Made by a program: the position numbers and the translations under genes. The notes under the pieces were generated by a model, which was not told the origin of the DNA, ran no database searches, and was given only the letters and a program-made list of their open reading frames with translations. This document shows positions 27,381 to 36,137 of a DNA stretch of 64,000 bases, in pieces. Numbering within the stretch: position 1 is the stretch's first letter; each line of letters opens with the position of its first letter. This stretch comes from an archaeon (GTDB lineage Archaea; Nanobdellota; Nanobdellia; Pacearchaeales; GW2011-AR1): contig JABHTJ010000001.1 of NCBI GenBank assembly GCA_018697295.1, forward strand, positions 292-64,291. The letters are read 5' to 3'.

Positions 27381-28298
27381 ATGGCTTCAACAAACCAATC
27401 ACCATTTTATCAAAGAGCAGAACAGGAATATATTAGTGCGACGACGGATGATGAAAGAATCGCATGTCTTGAGATAATGATTAAGGAATGTCCAAAACAT
27501 AAAAGTTCTGAAAATATGTTAAAAAATTTAACGCTCAGACTTAAGCGGTTAAAAAATAGTGTACAAAGACAAAAAAAATCTGGAAAAGGAGGCAAAGCGG
27601 GAATAAAAAAAGCAGACATGCAAGTTGTTCTCGCAGGATTTACAAATTCAGGAAAATCATCCCTATTTTCTCTTCTTACTGGGCTCAAAACAAAAATTGC
27701 CCAGACAAAATTTACTACCTACGAGCCAAAGCTTGGAACAACACACTTCGAAGACGCACCAATTCAAATTGTAGATCTCCCATCATTTCCAAATCATGAT
27801 AAAAGTCTCGTCAATTCAACAGACACAATTATTTTAGTAATCGATTCTCTCGACCAAATTAAAGAATCTGAAAAATTCCTATATAGGTCAAAAGCAAAAA
27901 TAATCATCCTTTACAACAAAGAAGATCTCCTAAGTGAAACACAAAAAAGAAAAATAAAAAGTAATCTCCAATCAAAATTCAAGAAATACGATTTTTTCCT
28001 ATTTTCATCTGAAAAACCAGATAAAATAAAAATAAATAAGTTAAAGGAAAAAATATTTCAAACATTTCCAGTTATTCGAATTTATACAAAAGAGCCAAGA
28101 AAAGCGCCAAGCAAAGAACCAATGATTGTAAATGAAAACACTACAGTCTCAGGAGCTGCAGAAAAAATTCTAAAAGGAATGTCTAAGATAATAAAAAAGA
28201 CTAAAGTTTGGGGACCTTCTTCAAAGTTCGGAGGACAACAAGTCGGACTAAATCATATTCTAAAAGATAAAGACATTCTAGAATTCCAAACAACCTAA
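27381..28298 (+). CDS. DRG/Rbg-type GTP-binding protein with C-terminal TGS-like domain
   Basis: G1 is LAGFTNSGKSSLFSLLTG, G3 is IVDLPSF, then NKED. C-terminal IVNENTTVSGAAEKI..ILEFQ. Confidence 0.7.
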   Translation: MASTNQSPFYQRAEQEYISATTDDERIACLEIMIKECPKHKSSENMLKNLTLRLKRLKNSVQRQKKSGKGGKAGIKKADMQVVLAGFTNSGKSSLFSLLTGLKTKIAQTKFTTYEPKLGTTHFEDAPIQIVDLPSFPNHDKSLVNSTDTIILVIDSLDQIKESEKFLYRSKAKIIILYNKEDLLSETQKRKIKSNLQSKFKKYDFFLFSSEKPDKIKINKLKEKIFQTFPVIRIYTKEPRKAPSKEPMIVNENTTVSGAAEKILKGMSKIIKKTKVWGPSSKFGGQQVGLNHILKDKDILEFQTT

Positions 28299-28301
28299 TA
28301 A

Positions 28302-28595
28302 ATGGAAAAAATAAATTCTCCAAAAATCTATCTACTCATTTCGATAATTGGAGTTTTGATGCTTCTATTTATTGCACAAAATTTTCAAGAAAAAAGAACT
28401 GGAATTATTGAAGGAGTGAAATATTCAAACAATAAAATTTCAATAACACTCGAAAATGAAAATGCAACGCTAACCATTTTTGGAAATAAAATACTTTCAT
28501 TAAAAAGCGGAGATGAAATAATATATGAAGGAAAGCCAGAAACCTATCGAGGAAAAGAGCAATTTATTGTTGACAAAATCGTTTTATTAAAATAA
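28302..28595 (+). CDS. Small membrane-anchored OB-fold-like protein
   Basis: N-terminal TM plus an approximately 70-aa beta-rich domain (ISITLENENATLTIFG..GDEIIYEGKPETYRGKEQFIV). Confidence 0.35.
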   Translation: MEKINSPKIYLLISIIGVLMLLFIAQNFQEKRTGIIEGVKYSNNKISITLENENATLTIFGNKILSLKSGDEIIYEGKPETYRGKEQFIVDKIVLLK

Positions 28596-28614
28596 AAAAG
28601 ATCTTTAAAAATTA

Positions 28615-29091
28615 TTAACAAGAAAAAACATTTCTCAAGGAGATAATTTCACAAGAATGCAAACTCCCTCCACTCTCAATTTCTGCCACAATAGCGATTT
28701 CCATTTTTTCACCTTCATCAGCCGCAAGCAAAATTGTTTGTGTTTCTCCAATTTGGGGCAAGCCTCCACTGACAAGAAGGTCATAAACCATAGAGGACTT
28801 AGACCCATACATTGCAAATAATTGTTTTAATAAATAATCTCCTCCATTTCGAGTAATCTGAATCCGTAGAACCTTGCCGTGCGTGGAATCATCCATATAG
28901 CAAGCACCATTCTGAAACATAAAGAAATCATCTTTAACAGAATTGCAAATCTCTGAATCACTTTTGGTAAAAGAAGAATCTTCACCACCAAAACCAAAAA
29001 GAGGGAGAATTCCAGCAAAGACTATAGTGATAATGGGAATACTAATCACCAAAATAGCCACAACGATCAAAATAACAATTGACTTCTTCAT
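28615..29091 (-). CDS. Membrane-anchored hypothetical protein
   Basis: N-terminal TM; no recognisable motif. Confidence 0.35.
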   Translation of the reverse strand: MKKSIVILIVVAILVISIPIITIVFAGILPLFGFGGEDSSFTKSDSEICNSVKDDFFMFQNGACYMDDSTHGKVLRIQITRNGGDYLLKQLFAMYGSKSSMVYDLLVSGGLPQIGETQTILLAADEGEKMEIAIVAEIESGGSLHSCEIISLRNVFSC

Positions 29092-29122
29092 CCAAGAAAA
29101 AGACGATTAAACTTTATAAACA

Positions 29123-30283
29123 TTATCCAAAGCGATGCTCAACATAATCTATTAAATCATTTCCAGAAAGTCTCATCGTCGCAGGACCATGCCGAACATA
29201 AAATTCTTCGTCTCCCTGCCATTTCAAAAAAACCCGTTTTTTACTCGGGAAACAATCTATTTTCATAACGTGCTTATCCTCAATTGGAAATAATTCATAT
29301 CGAATGTAAGGAAGATATCTAGTACCAATATGGTTTCTCAAAAGTCCGCTAAAATACAATTGCAATTTATCATTTGAAACAAACTCGTCTTGTTCAATTC
29401 CCAAAATTTTTCCAGAATCCCCAACCCCTACAACAAGAGTTCCACCACCAGAATTGAGATAGGCAACAATCGTTTTCAAAACCGAATGTCCCATCACCTT
29501 ATCAAATTCCTTCGTATGAAGATTTTTTCGAAGTGTAGATTTAAATTCAAGTTTTTCCCCCTCGCCAGAATCAAGAAGGCGGCGAATAATCGCAGAAGAA
29601 TATTCAAAATATTTCCGAGAATTAAATCGCCTAAAATTTTTCTTAATTACCTGAGACAAAAAAATACTTACAAAATTTTGTTTTCCAGATTTTAGATGAT
29701 AGTATCCACCGATACAAACAATTCCAGAACCAAGTGCATTGATAATTAAACTATTCATAAGATCTTTCATTCCAAGCTGCAATCCAAATCCAAAGAAGAT
29801 ATCCAAAGAATATTCAAATATCTCCCATAGTCCTCCAAGAGAAAATGCGAAACAAAATGCAAAAAATGAAATAATGAACGGATTTGCATCGATAATTTCT
29901 TCAGAATCCAAAACATAAAGAATAGTCAAACCAACAAGACCAAGAGCAACAGCAGAGCCAAGTTTAAAAAAAAGTCCAATCAAAATCCAATCCCCAAATA
30001 AATTCCTAACACCACTAAACACTAAAAGCCCATAAATAAATAAGACCACGATTACTTCAAGCCCTGCACGAAATTTAAAATTAAAAAAAACTTGAAGAAT
30101 CCAAGGAACAAAAGTAACTAAAAGTCCGACAAAAGCAACCACCAACACTAAATTTCGTTCATTCATAACTCCAATAAAAATCGCAAAAATAAGCATAAGA
30201 CGAATAAAATTCATCACAATAAGGCGAACATGGTTCGTCGATTTAAATCCCATGCCTTTTTTCAAAAACAAATTTTTACCCAT
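29123..30283 (-). CDS. Polytopic membrane protein fused to a C-terminal AlbA_2 (Schlafen-type, divergent AAA_4) putative nucleic-acid-binding domain
   Basis: About 215 aa of TM helices, then GEGEKLEFKSTL..VLKTIVAYLNSGGGTLVVGVGDSGKILGIE, the hallmark E.lEfK ... N..GG.l.iGv motif. Confidence 0.55.
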   Translation of the reverse strand: MGKNLFLKKGMGFKSTNHVRLIVMNFIRLMLIFAIFIGVMNERNLVLVVAFVGLLVTFVPWILQVFFNFKFRAGLEVIVVLFIYGLLVFSGVRNLFGDWILIGLFFKLGSAVALGLVGLTILYVLDSEEIIDANPFIISFFAFCFAFSLGGLWEIFEYSLDIFFGFGLQLGMKDLMNSLIINALGSGIVCIGGYYHLKSGKQNFVSIFLSQVIKKNFRRFNSRKYFEYSSAIIRRLLDSGEGEKLEFKSTLRKNLHTKEFDKVMGHSVLKTIVAYLNSGGGTLVVGVGDSGKILGIEQDEFVSNDKLQLYFSGLLRNHIGTRYLPYIRYELFPIEDKHVMKIDCFPSKKRVFLKWQGDEEFYVRHGPATMRLSGNDLIDYVEHRFG

Positions 30284-30350
30284 AAAAAAAGAGCATCAAT
30301 AGATTATAAAAAGATTTAGAGGCTATATATTTTAGAAACAATAAGGTAAA

Positions 30351-31547
30351 ATGTTATTTGAATTAATCATTACACTAGTACTTGGAATTCTCGCAGGAAC
30401 CATAACAGGCATAATTCCGGGAATTCACATTAATCTGGTCGCAACAATTCTTCTCAGCGTTATCGCAATAATCAATCTCTCTCAGAATCAAGCAATAGTA
30501 TTCATTATTTCAATGGCCATAACCCATACATTCTTTGATTTTATTCCATCGATTTTTTTGGGAGCTCCGGACAGCGATACAGCCCTAAGCATTCTCCCAG
30601 GTCACGAATTTCTTCTTAAGGGCAGCGGCCATCACGCAGTTCTCCTAACGTTAACCGGCTCAATACTTTCAATAATACTCCTTTTCGCAATAACACCTTT
30701 AGTTACATTTCTAATCCCAAGAATATATCCATTCATCCAACAAATGCTTGGATTTTTTCTTATTTGGACCTCAATTTTCCTAATCACTCGTAAAAAGAAG
30801 GCTATCTTAATCACGACAATTATATTCGCACTTGCAGGATTCTTAGGAATTGCAGCCCTGAATTCAAACATCTCAGAGCCACTACTCCCACTTCTTTCAG
30901 GATTATTCGGGGCATCAACATTAGTCAATTCAATTCAAACAAACAGCATAATCCCTAAACAAGTAATCTCAAAATTCAAAATAACAAAAAAAGAATTGAT
31001 AAAGCCGGCAATTGCAACAACAATTGTTTCTCCAATTGCAGCATTGTTTCCAGGAGTCGGAAGTAGCCAAGCAGCAATAATTGGCTCACAAGTCACAGGA
31101 AAACTAAACGAAAACCAATTTCTAATTCTGCTTGGTTCAATAAACACATTAATCATGGCAAGCTCATTTCTCATTCTTTTCCTAATCCAAAAAACAAGAA
31201 CTGGAGCAGCAAATGCACTTCTCCAAATAATCGACCTTGACCAAACAAATATCAAAATAATTTTCGCGACAATCTTAGTAACAACGCTATTCGTAATTCC
31301 GATTACAATAAACACTTCAAAAATATTTGCAAAAAACATTCACAAGATAAACTATTCCAAAATTTCCATAGCAATATTATTATTCCTCACAACAATTATT
31401 TTATTTTTCTCCGGGGTTATCGGATTTCTAATTTTTATTGTATCTACAATCCTCGGAATAACATGCCTAAAAGTTGGCGTATCAAAAAGCATTCTCATGA
31501 GCTCTCTTTTGATTCCAACAACACTTTGGTATCTTCCATTTTTCTAA
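30351..31547 (+). CDS. TctA/DUF112-family membrane protein
   Basis: Highly hydrophobic, 398 aa; GIIPGIH and LFPGVGSSQAA motifs typical of DUF112. Confidence 0.5.
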   Translation: MLFELIITLVLGILAGTITGIIPGIHINLVATILLSVIAIINLSQNQAIVFIISMAITHTFFDFIPSIFLGAPDSDTALSILPGHEFLLKGSGHHAVLLTLTGSILSIILLFAITPLVTFLIPRIYPFIQQMLGFFLIWTSIFLITRKKKAILITTIIFALAGFLGIAALNSNISEPLLPLLSGLFGASTLVNSIQTNSIIPKQVISKFKITKKELIKPAIATTIVSPIAALFPGVGSSQAAIIGSQVTGKLNENQFLILLGSINTLIMASSFLILFLIQKTRTGAANALLQIIDLDQTNIKIIFATILVTTLFVIPITINTSKIFAKNIHKINYSKISIAILLFLTTIILFFSGVIGFLIFIVSTILGITCLKVGVSKSILMSSLLIPTTLWYLPFF

Positions 31548-31570
31548 AGAAATAAAACTCGCGCAATAAT

Positions 31571-31578
31571 TTTATATA
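31571..31578 (+). promoter_or_regulatory. TATA-box-like element (TTTATATA) about 26 nt upstream of the ATG at 31600
   Basis: Sequence and spacing. Confidence 0.4.
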
Positions 31579-31599
31579 CTTCTCAAACAATAGAAGACT

Positions 31600-32214
31600 A
31601 TGAAACTAAAGAAAGTGATTTATTTTTTTTCAGGAATAATGGTTTTAATAATAATCCTAGGAGTAATCCTATCCTCAAGTATTGAGAAAAAAATAAACTT
31701 TGAAAAAAATCAAGGTGACGATCCGCAAAATTCAGAAAATAAAGAAGGACAAGAACAAACAAATCAAGAATCTGAATCTGCGGAAGAAGAATCTGGCACT
31801 TCGAGTTCTTCAAGTGGAGGATCCGGAGGCGGATCAGGAGGAAGTTCGGGACAAGCAGCACCCGACGGTTGTTCATACCAGCGAATTTCTTATACTATCG
31901 GAAATCAAAACATCACAGAAGAGTGCACAAATTATTTAGGAGAAATATGTATTGAAGAAACACAGAAGTGTTTCGTAGATGTTCAAAATCTTGACGATGA
32001 AATAACTGGAATTTTTGCAGGAAACATATTATTCATAGAAGAAGGATTAACGCCAGAAAACTATTTTGAGATTACTCCTTTTTCAGAAAATTTAGGTCCA
32101 GGTGAGGTCGTCCAATTAGAATCAACAACAATAATCACTGAAGAGGTATTAATCGCAGGAGAAATTGCATGCTTTTATGAAACATTACAAATACCTGAAA
32201 AATTAGTATGTTAA
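31600..32214 (+). CDS. Membrane-anchored extracellular protein with acidic and G/S-rich linker
   Basis: N-terminal TM; SSSSGGSGGGSGGSSG linker. Confidence 0.4.
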   Translation: MKLKKVIYFFSGIMVLIIILGVILSSSIEKKINFEKNQGDDPQNSENKEGQEQTNQESESAEEESGTSSSSSGGSGGGSGGSSGQAAPDGCSYQRISYTIGNQNITEECTNYLGEICIEETQKCFVDVQNLDDEITGIFAGNILFIEEGLTPENYFEITPFSENLGPGEVVQLESTTIITEEVLIAGEIACFYETLQIPEKLVC

Positions 32215-32301
32215 ACTAAATTCTAAATAGCAAAAGCTATTAAAAAAATAAAAAATCCCTCAAAGAGGGAATAAAAAATAATAATAATAAATTAAATTAA
32301 A

Positions 32302-32751
32302 TTAAGCTGCTACTGTTCCTGTCATAGAACCAGAAGAGATTTGGTCGAGCTGACCAGTGAGTTTCCTATAGGTGATAGTTATATCTCCATTATACTTCTC
32401 AGTTTCTGTTAATCCAGTACAGGTAGCAAGAGTTACGAGTTGGGTAGTACTATCACTAACATTCAAGATAGTATTATTTGTTGTACAGGTTCCTCCTGAA
32501 AAAGCAACACTTTGAATCGAGAGGGTTTCTCCCCCACCATTCCTTAAAACAAGTGAAACTCCATTAGCTTCAGAAACTTGATATTCATCACAACCGAATG
32601 GGGCGTTAAGAATACAAGATTAAGGTAAATATTTCCCAGGGCTAAAAACTCCGAAATAAGCAAGAACTCCGATAACGACGACAGCGGCTAATATCGCCCA
32701 GCCATATGTCATTAAAAATTCCATTGCTGCTTGACCTTTCTTTTTATACAT
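32302..32751 (-). pseudogene. Canonical archaeal type IV pilin (class III signal peptide) interrupted by an in-frame TAA at 32620-32622
   Basis: Own translation: MYKKKGQAAMEFLMTYGWAILAAVVVIGVLAYFGVFSPGKYLP*SCILNAPFGCDEYQVSEANGVSLVLRNGGGETLSIQ...TGTVAA*. 150 codons in a single frame. Absent from the ORF track. Confidence 0.75.
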
Positions 32752-32825
32752 TTTATAACCTCCATTTAACAATCGTAATAATGTTAAACACCCAACAATC
32801 TTTTTAAATGTTTTCTAAAGCCACC

Positions 32826-33767
32826 CTAGATAAAAGTGTCATTAATTCCATAATAATTAAGACGATTAGACTCGTCGTCAATTCTGAACCATGAAGACAT
32901 TCCAACAACTCCAAAATGAGAAGGATTATTTGAAGAAAAGTAAATATGGTCAGTCATTGATTTCGTCGAGGACGGAATTCCCTGTCCAATTAGATCAGAA
33001 ATTATAACAAAACTTTCAATGCCTTGGTCATTGGAACTCAAATTTCCTTCCAACCGATTAAGAAAACTTGGAGCAGAAGGATTATTAAAATAATAGCCTC
33101 CAGCAACGTGAGACTCAAAATCTCCGACGTCAAATGCAGTTTCATTTCCAAAAGAATAAATTGATTGATTAAATCTACGAGAGATCATAGCATTAGTGTT
33201 AACCAAAAATAATGGATCTTCAAATCCCTCTATAGGAACTCTTGCCTCAATAACTTGAAAACGATCCCATTTAGCAAGACCGGATAAATCTTCGACAGTC
33301 AAATTAAATGAAAATACAAATGTGGTGAACCAAGGATCTTCCTGAAAAGCAACGGTAGAAACATTTGAGAAAGTAACATGTATATTAATCTTATTTGCCT
33401 TTTCATTAATAGAATTAATTAAATCGTCTTTCGTAGCTCCAGCCATGATTTCTTTTTCAATTCCATTAACAGTCCCATTGTTAAACGCTTCCTCAAAAAA
33501 ATCATCAAAACTGCCAATAAATTCTCCGGTAGAGGCAATTTCATCTTCTGCTAAAAAGATTACTCGAAATCCTGAGATAAAAATCTGCCTTTCAAGATTA
33601 TTTTCCAAAGAATGTAAGTAACCCTCCATAGTCGAAATTCTTGTTTTGACAGTATAGCGTTCCTGGACAAGATTGTTTGCTTGAAATGTCAGGAACAATA
33701 ATGCAACAATTGCAACAGCTATTAAAGAAAATATTTGTCCCCTCTTTTTTAAAATAATTCGTTTCAT
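32826..33767 (-). CDS. Large pilin-like protein with class III signal peptide
   Basis: Start moved to MKRIILKKRGQ/IFSLIAVAIVALLFL. ATGA-type overlap with the upstream gene. Confidence 0.5.
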   Translation of the reverse strand: MKRIILKKRGQIFSLIAVAIVALLFLTFQANNLVQERYTVKTRISTMEGYLHSLENNLERQIFISGFRVIFLAEDEIASTGEFIGSFDDFFEEAFNNGTVNGIEKEIMAGATKDDLINSINEKANKINIHVTFSNVSTVAFQEDPWFTTFVFSFNLTVEDLSGLAKWDRFQVIEARVPIEGFEDPLFLVNTNAMISRRFNQSIYSFGNETAFDVGDFESHVAGGYYFNNPSAPSFLNRLEGNLSSNDQGIESFVIISDLIGQGIPSSTKSMTDHIYFSSNNPSHFGVVGMSSWFRIDDESNRLNYYGINDTFI

Positions 33768-34144
33768 TGCCAAACCCTCACTTGTGCCTCTGTATCCCAA
33801 GTAAATGGAATTCCCTCCACCTCGGTAGAAGTAAACACTAAATCATTCTCTGAAAAAAGAATATCTACTAAAAGATCTGAATCCAAATCTATATCTTGGA
33901 GAAGCCCATAGATTGCCACATCAATAGCATCGTTTTCGTTATAGGCAACAAGACTTGGAGAGTAAGAACAAGAGCCAGAGCCAGAATAATCTGCCGGAAC
34001 ACTAAAAGTAAGATTCGTTAAATCTTCAAATTCCACAAACCAAGAACAGCCCTCAGCACTAGAAACGATGGGAGAATAAGAAGAAGCATCTTTTATTACA
34101 GTATAAATGACCTTATCATAAATAGAACCTCCTGAATTATTCAA
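33764..34144 (-). CDS. Hypothetical protein, apparently 5-prime truncated (TTG start in track, no signal peptide)
   Basis: The frame stays open upstream to a TGA without any ATG. It overlaps the oppositely oriented FlaJ-like remnant. Confidence 0.3.
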   Translation of the reverse strand: MNNSGGSIYDKVIYTVIKDASSYSPIVSSAEGCSWFVEFEDLTNLTFSVPADYSGSGSCSYSPSLVAYNENDAIDVAIYGLLQDIDLDSDLLVDILFSENDLVFTSTEVEGIPFTWDTEAQVRVWQ

Positions 34145-34748
34145 CCCATTAGATGAAGAAATCTTAAAAACTGGAAAAGATATTGCAACAGGGAATAGTG
34201 TTGTTTTTGCACTTACTCAAATGAGTGAACGTATAGGTTCTGAAAAGATTTCAAAAATAATCCTTTTAATAATTTCTGGACTAAAAGCTGGAGGAAATAT
34301 TTCGGAATTATTAGAAGAAACTGCAGCAAGTATGAGAGAAAAAGAATTTATTGAAAAAAGGGCTACTTCAAATATTTTAATGTATGTAATATTCATCTTT
34401 TTTGCAATAGGTGTAGGAGCACCAGTTTTATTCGCATTAAGTTCAATTTTAGTAGAAGTCATTGTAAGTCTTTCTTCACAGGTCCCTTCAGGTGCAGCAA
34501 CAGCCGGATTAAACACACCCTTTTCATTTAATGAGATTTGAATTAAATCTTCTTTTATAATTTATTTTTCAATAGGGTTCTTAATAATGACAGATATAAT
34601 TTCTAGCTTAATAATTGGCGTCGTTAACAAGGGAGAAAGTAAAGCTGGGTTAAAATACACATTACCTTTAATTGTAATTAGTATTAGTTTATTTTTTATT
34701 ATAAGATTTTTATTAATGGGATTTTTAATAGAATTATTTGCGTTTTAA
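34122..34748 (+). pseudogene. Remnant of a FlaJ/TadC (T2SS-F) platform gene: C-terminal portion only, no start codon, in-frame TGA at 34539-34541
   Basis: Own translation: ..NPLDEEILKTGKDIATGNSVVFALTQMSERIGSEKISKIILLIISGLKAGGNISELLEETAASMREKEFIEKR..NEI*IKSSFIIYFSIGFLIMTDIISSLIIGVVNKGESKAGLKYTLPLIVISISLFFII.. Confidence 0.6.
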
Positions 34749-34755
34749 AAATAAA

Positions 34756-34836
34756 CGCCCACACCCCGAATCGAACGGGGACGCCCCGAAAGGCCCAGGG
34801 TTCGAGCCTGGTGCAATACCATTATGCGATGTGGGC
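34756..34836 (-). tRNA. tRNA-Ser (anticodon CGA), class II with long variable arm
   Basis: Hand fold: acceptor GCCCACA/TGTGGGC; anticodon stem CCAGG/CCTGG with loop CTCGAAC; T arm CCCCG-TTCGATT-CGGGG. Confidence 0.8.
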
Positions 34837-34891
34837 TTAGCTCATCATTGCATTCTTGAAACTTTTTAAAGTTACTTTATGCGATGTGGGC
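34822..34891. repeat. 15-nt exact direct repeat ttatgcgatgtgggc (34822-34836, the tRNA-Ser 5-prime end, and 34877-34891)
   Basis: Direct comparison of the sequence. Confidence 0.85.
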
Positions 34892-34948
34892 ATTATAGTA
34901 TAAAAATAAATAAAGTAACTATTTTAAATGTAATTAAAGAAGACAAAA

Positions 34949-35353
34949 TTATTCTTTATCTTTAATTTGTACTTTTGGAAGATTCATATGGATTGGAAGT
35001 CCTAATTCATCTTCAAGTTCAAATGCCTTAATAGAAGCTTTTTGAATAATAAGATTTGTAATATATGCATGTTCTTCCATTTCAATTTTTTTCTCACTCA
35101 AAGATTCAATTAAAGAAGCTATAACTTCAGTAGTTGTCTTAACAAAAATTACTCCGTTCAACTTAACATTTCCTAAATCACCATAATCAATTTCAAAAAC
35201 ATAAGAAGTCTTCATAGTAGAATCGTCTTCAGGAACTGAATCAAAAGAAACAATTTGAATGTTAGTTTTAATTGAAACTTCTCCACTAAATTCTTGATCC
35301 CTCTTAGCAGTAATAGAAGTTATTCGAGAGCCGATAAGTTGTATTTTTTCCAT
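34949..35353 (-). CDS. Hypothetical protein
   Basis: 134-aa ORF with a TATA-like box upstream. No confident family assignment. Confidence 0.4.
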   Translation of the reverse strand: MEKIQLIGSRITSITAKRDQEFSGEVSIKTNIQIVSFDSVPEDDSTMKTSYVFEIDYGDLGNVKLNGVIFVKTTTEVIASLIESLSEKKIEMEEHAYITNLIIQKASIKAFELEDELGLPIHMNLPKVQIKDKE

Positions 35354-35397
35354 GGTTTGAATTAAGATAAACGCTTTATAAATTTTCCTACACTAGA

Positions 35398-35652
35398 TTA
35401 TAATAGATCTTCCTCAGAAACTACAATGAAATCTCCAATTGCAATAACTGAATTAAAAGGTATAAGTGCTTCTCGCTCCTTAGTTCTTTCTAAAGATAGA
35501 TTCGAAGTATAAGTTGTTAAATCTCTAAGAACAATATGAATCAATTCACCTGTTCGAGCTTCAAAAGTTATATCTTTGACAATACCTAATTTCTTACCTT
35601 CCTTGGTAACAACTTGTTTATTCAATAATGCTTTGAATGGTCGCTTTTCCAT
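35398..35652 (-). CDS. PRC-barrel domain protein
   Basis: MEKRPFKALLNKQVVTKEGKKLGIVKDITFEARTGELIHIVL. Confidence 0.55.
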   Translation of the reverse strand: MEKRPFKALLNKQVVTKEGKKLGIVKDITFEARTGELIHIVLRDLTTYTSNLSLERTKEREALIPFNSVIAIGDFIVVSEEDLL

Positions 35653-35788
35653 TGCTATCACAAATTAAAATTCTTTATAAACTTTTCTTTTAACTTTTCA
35701 TTACTCTCAACAAATACTCTATTTAGTAAATTAAAACAAATTTTATCAATCAAATCAAAAGTAAATAATCATTATAAAAAATCTTTTA

Positions 35789-35818
35789 GAGTCCTACCCT
35801 CACGTTTCCTATGGAAAG
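35789..35818 (-). promoter_or_regulatory. ORB-like origin recognition box 1 (inverted orientation)
   Basis: Reverse complement reads CTTTCCATAGGAAACGTGAGGGTAGGACTC. Confidence 0.6.
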
Positions 35819-35874
35819 TTTTAAAAAACTTTTCAAAAAAACTTTTTTTGTTTTCTTAATTTCTTTTATAAGTA

Positions 35875-35926
35875 TTTATATATAATATAATATATAATAT
35901 AATATATAATATAATATAATATATCA
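35875..35926. repeat. AT-only microsatellite-like tract (TATAA/TATATAA units), candidate duplex unwinding element
   Basis: Sequence reads tttatatataatataatatataatataatatataatataatataatatat. Confidence 0.6.
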
Positions 35927-36031
35927 TAAGAAGTATATTCTTTAATAGAGGTTATTATTATATGCATGATTAAAGAATATATTAAAATCATAAGTCATAA
36001 TTAACAAATAAACTTAAATTCAAAAATTTAA

Positions 36032-36063
36032 TTTCCTCTGGAGACGAAACAAAGGGGTCAGAC
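36032..36063 (+). promoter_or_regulatory. ORB-like origin recognition box 2
   Basis: TTTCCTCTGGAGACGAAACAAAGGGGTCAGAC, preceded by aatttaattt. Confidence 0.65.
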
Positions 36064-36137
36064 TAAGAAATATAATAGATTCATTTATAGAAGACAAAAA
36101 CTAGGATCTTTCATAAAAATAATTTAATTTAATTTAA

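Noticed and set aside
32620-34541. The idea that the in-frame TAA (pilin) and TGA (FlaJ-like remnant) reflect a reassigned genetic code.
   Set aside because: TGA and TAA both terminate highly conserved genes at their expected lengths in this window: TGA for the Hef helicase and SecF, TAA for aEF-1beta and the Zn-ribbon protein. Two different stop codons are involved, and the locus also shows truncations. Local decay or a sequence variant is more parsimonious.
34837-34876. An AATGATGAGC word just upstream of tRNA-Ser on its strand, as a possible C box of a C/D-box sRNA.
   Set aside because: No matching D box (CUGA) or C-prime/D-prime arrangement lies at a suitable distance, and the tRNA starts 5 nt later.
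35875-35926. Short tandem AT repeats that could be mistaken for a repeat array or CRISPR.
   Set aside because: The units are 5-7 nt of pure A/T with no spacers. They lie between inverted ORB-like boxes and are better explained as an origin unwinding element. No CRISPR-like 24-40-nt repeat/spacer periodicity was seen anywhere in the window.
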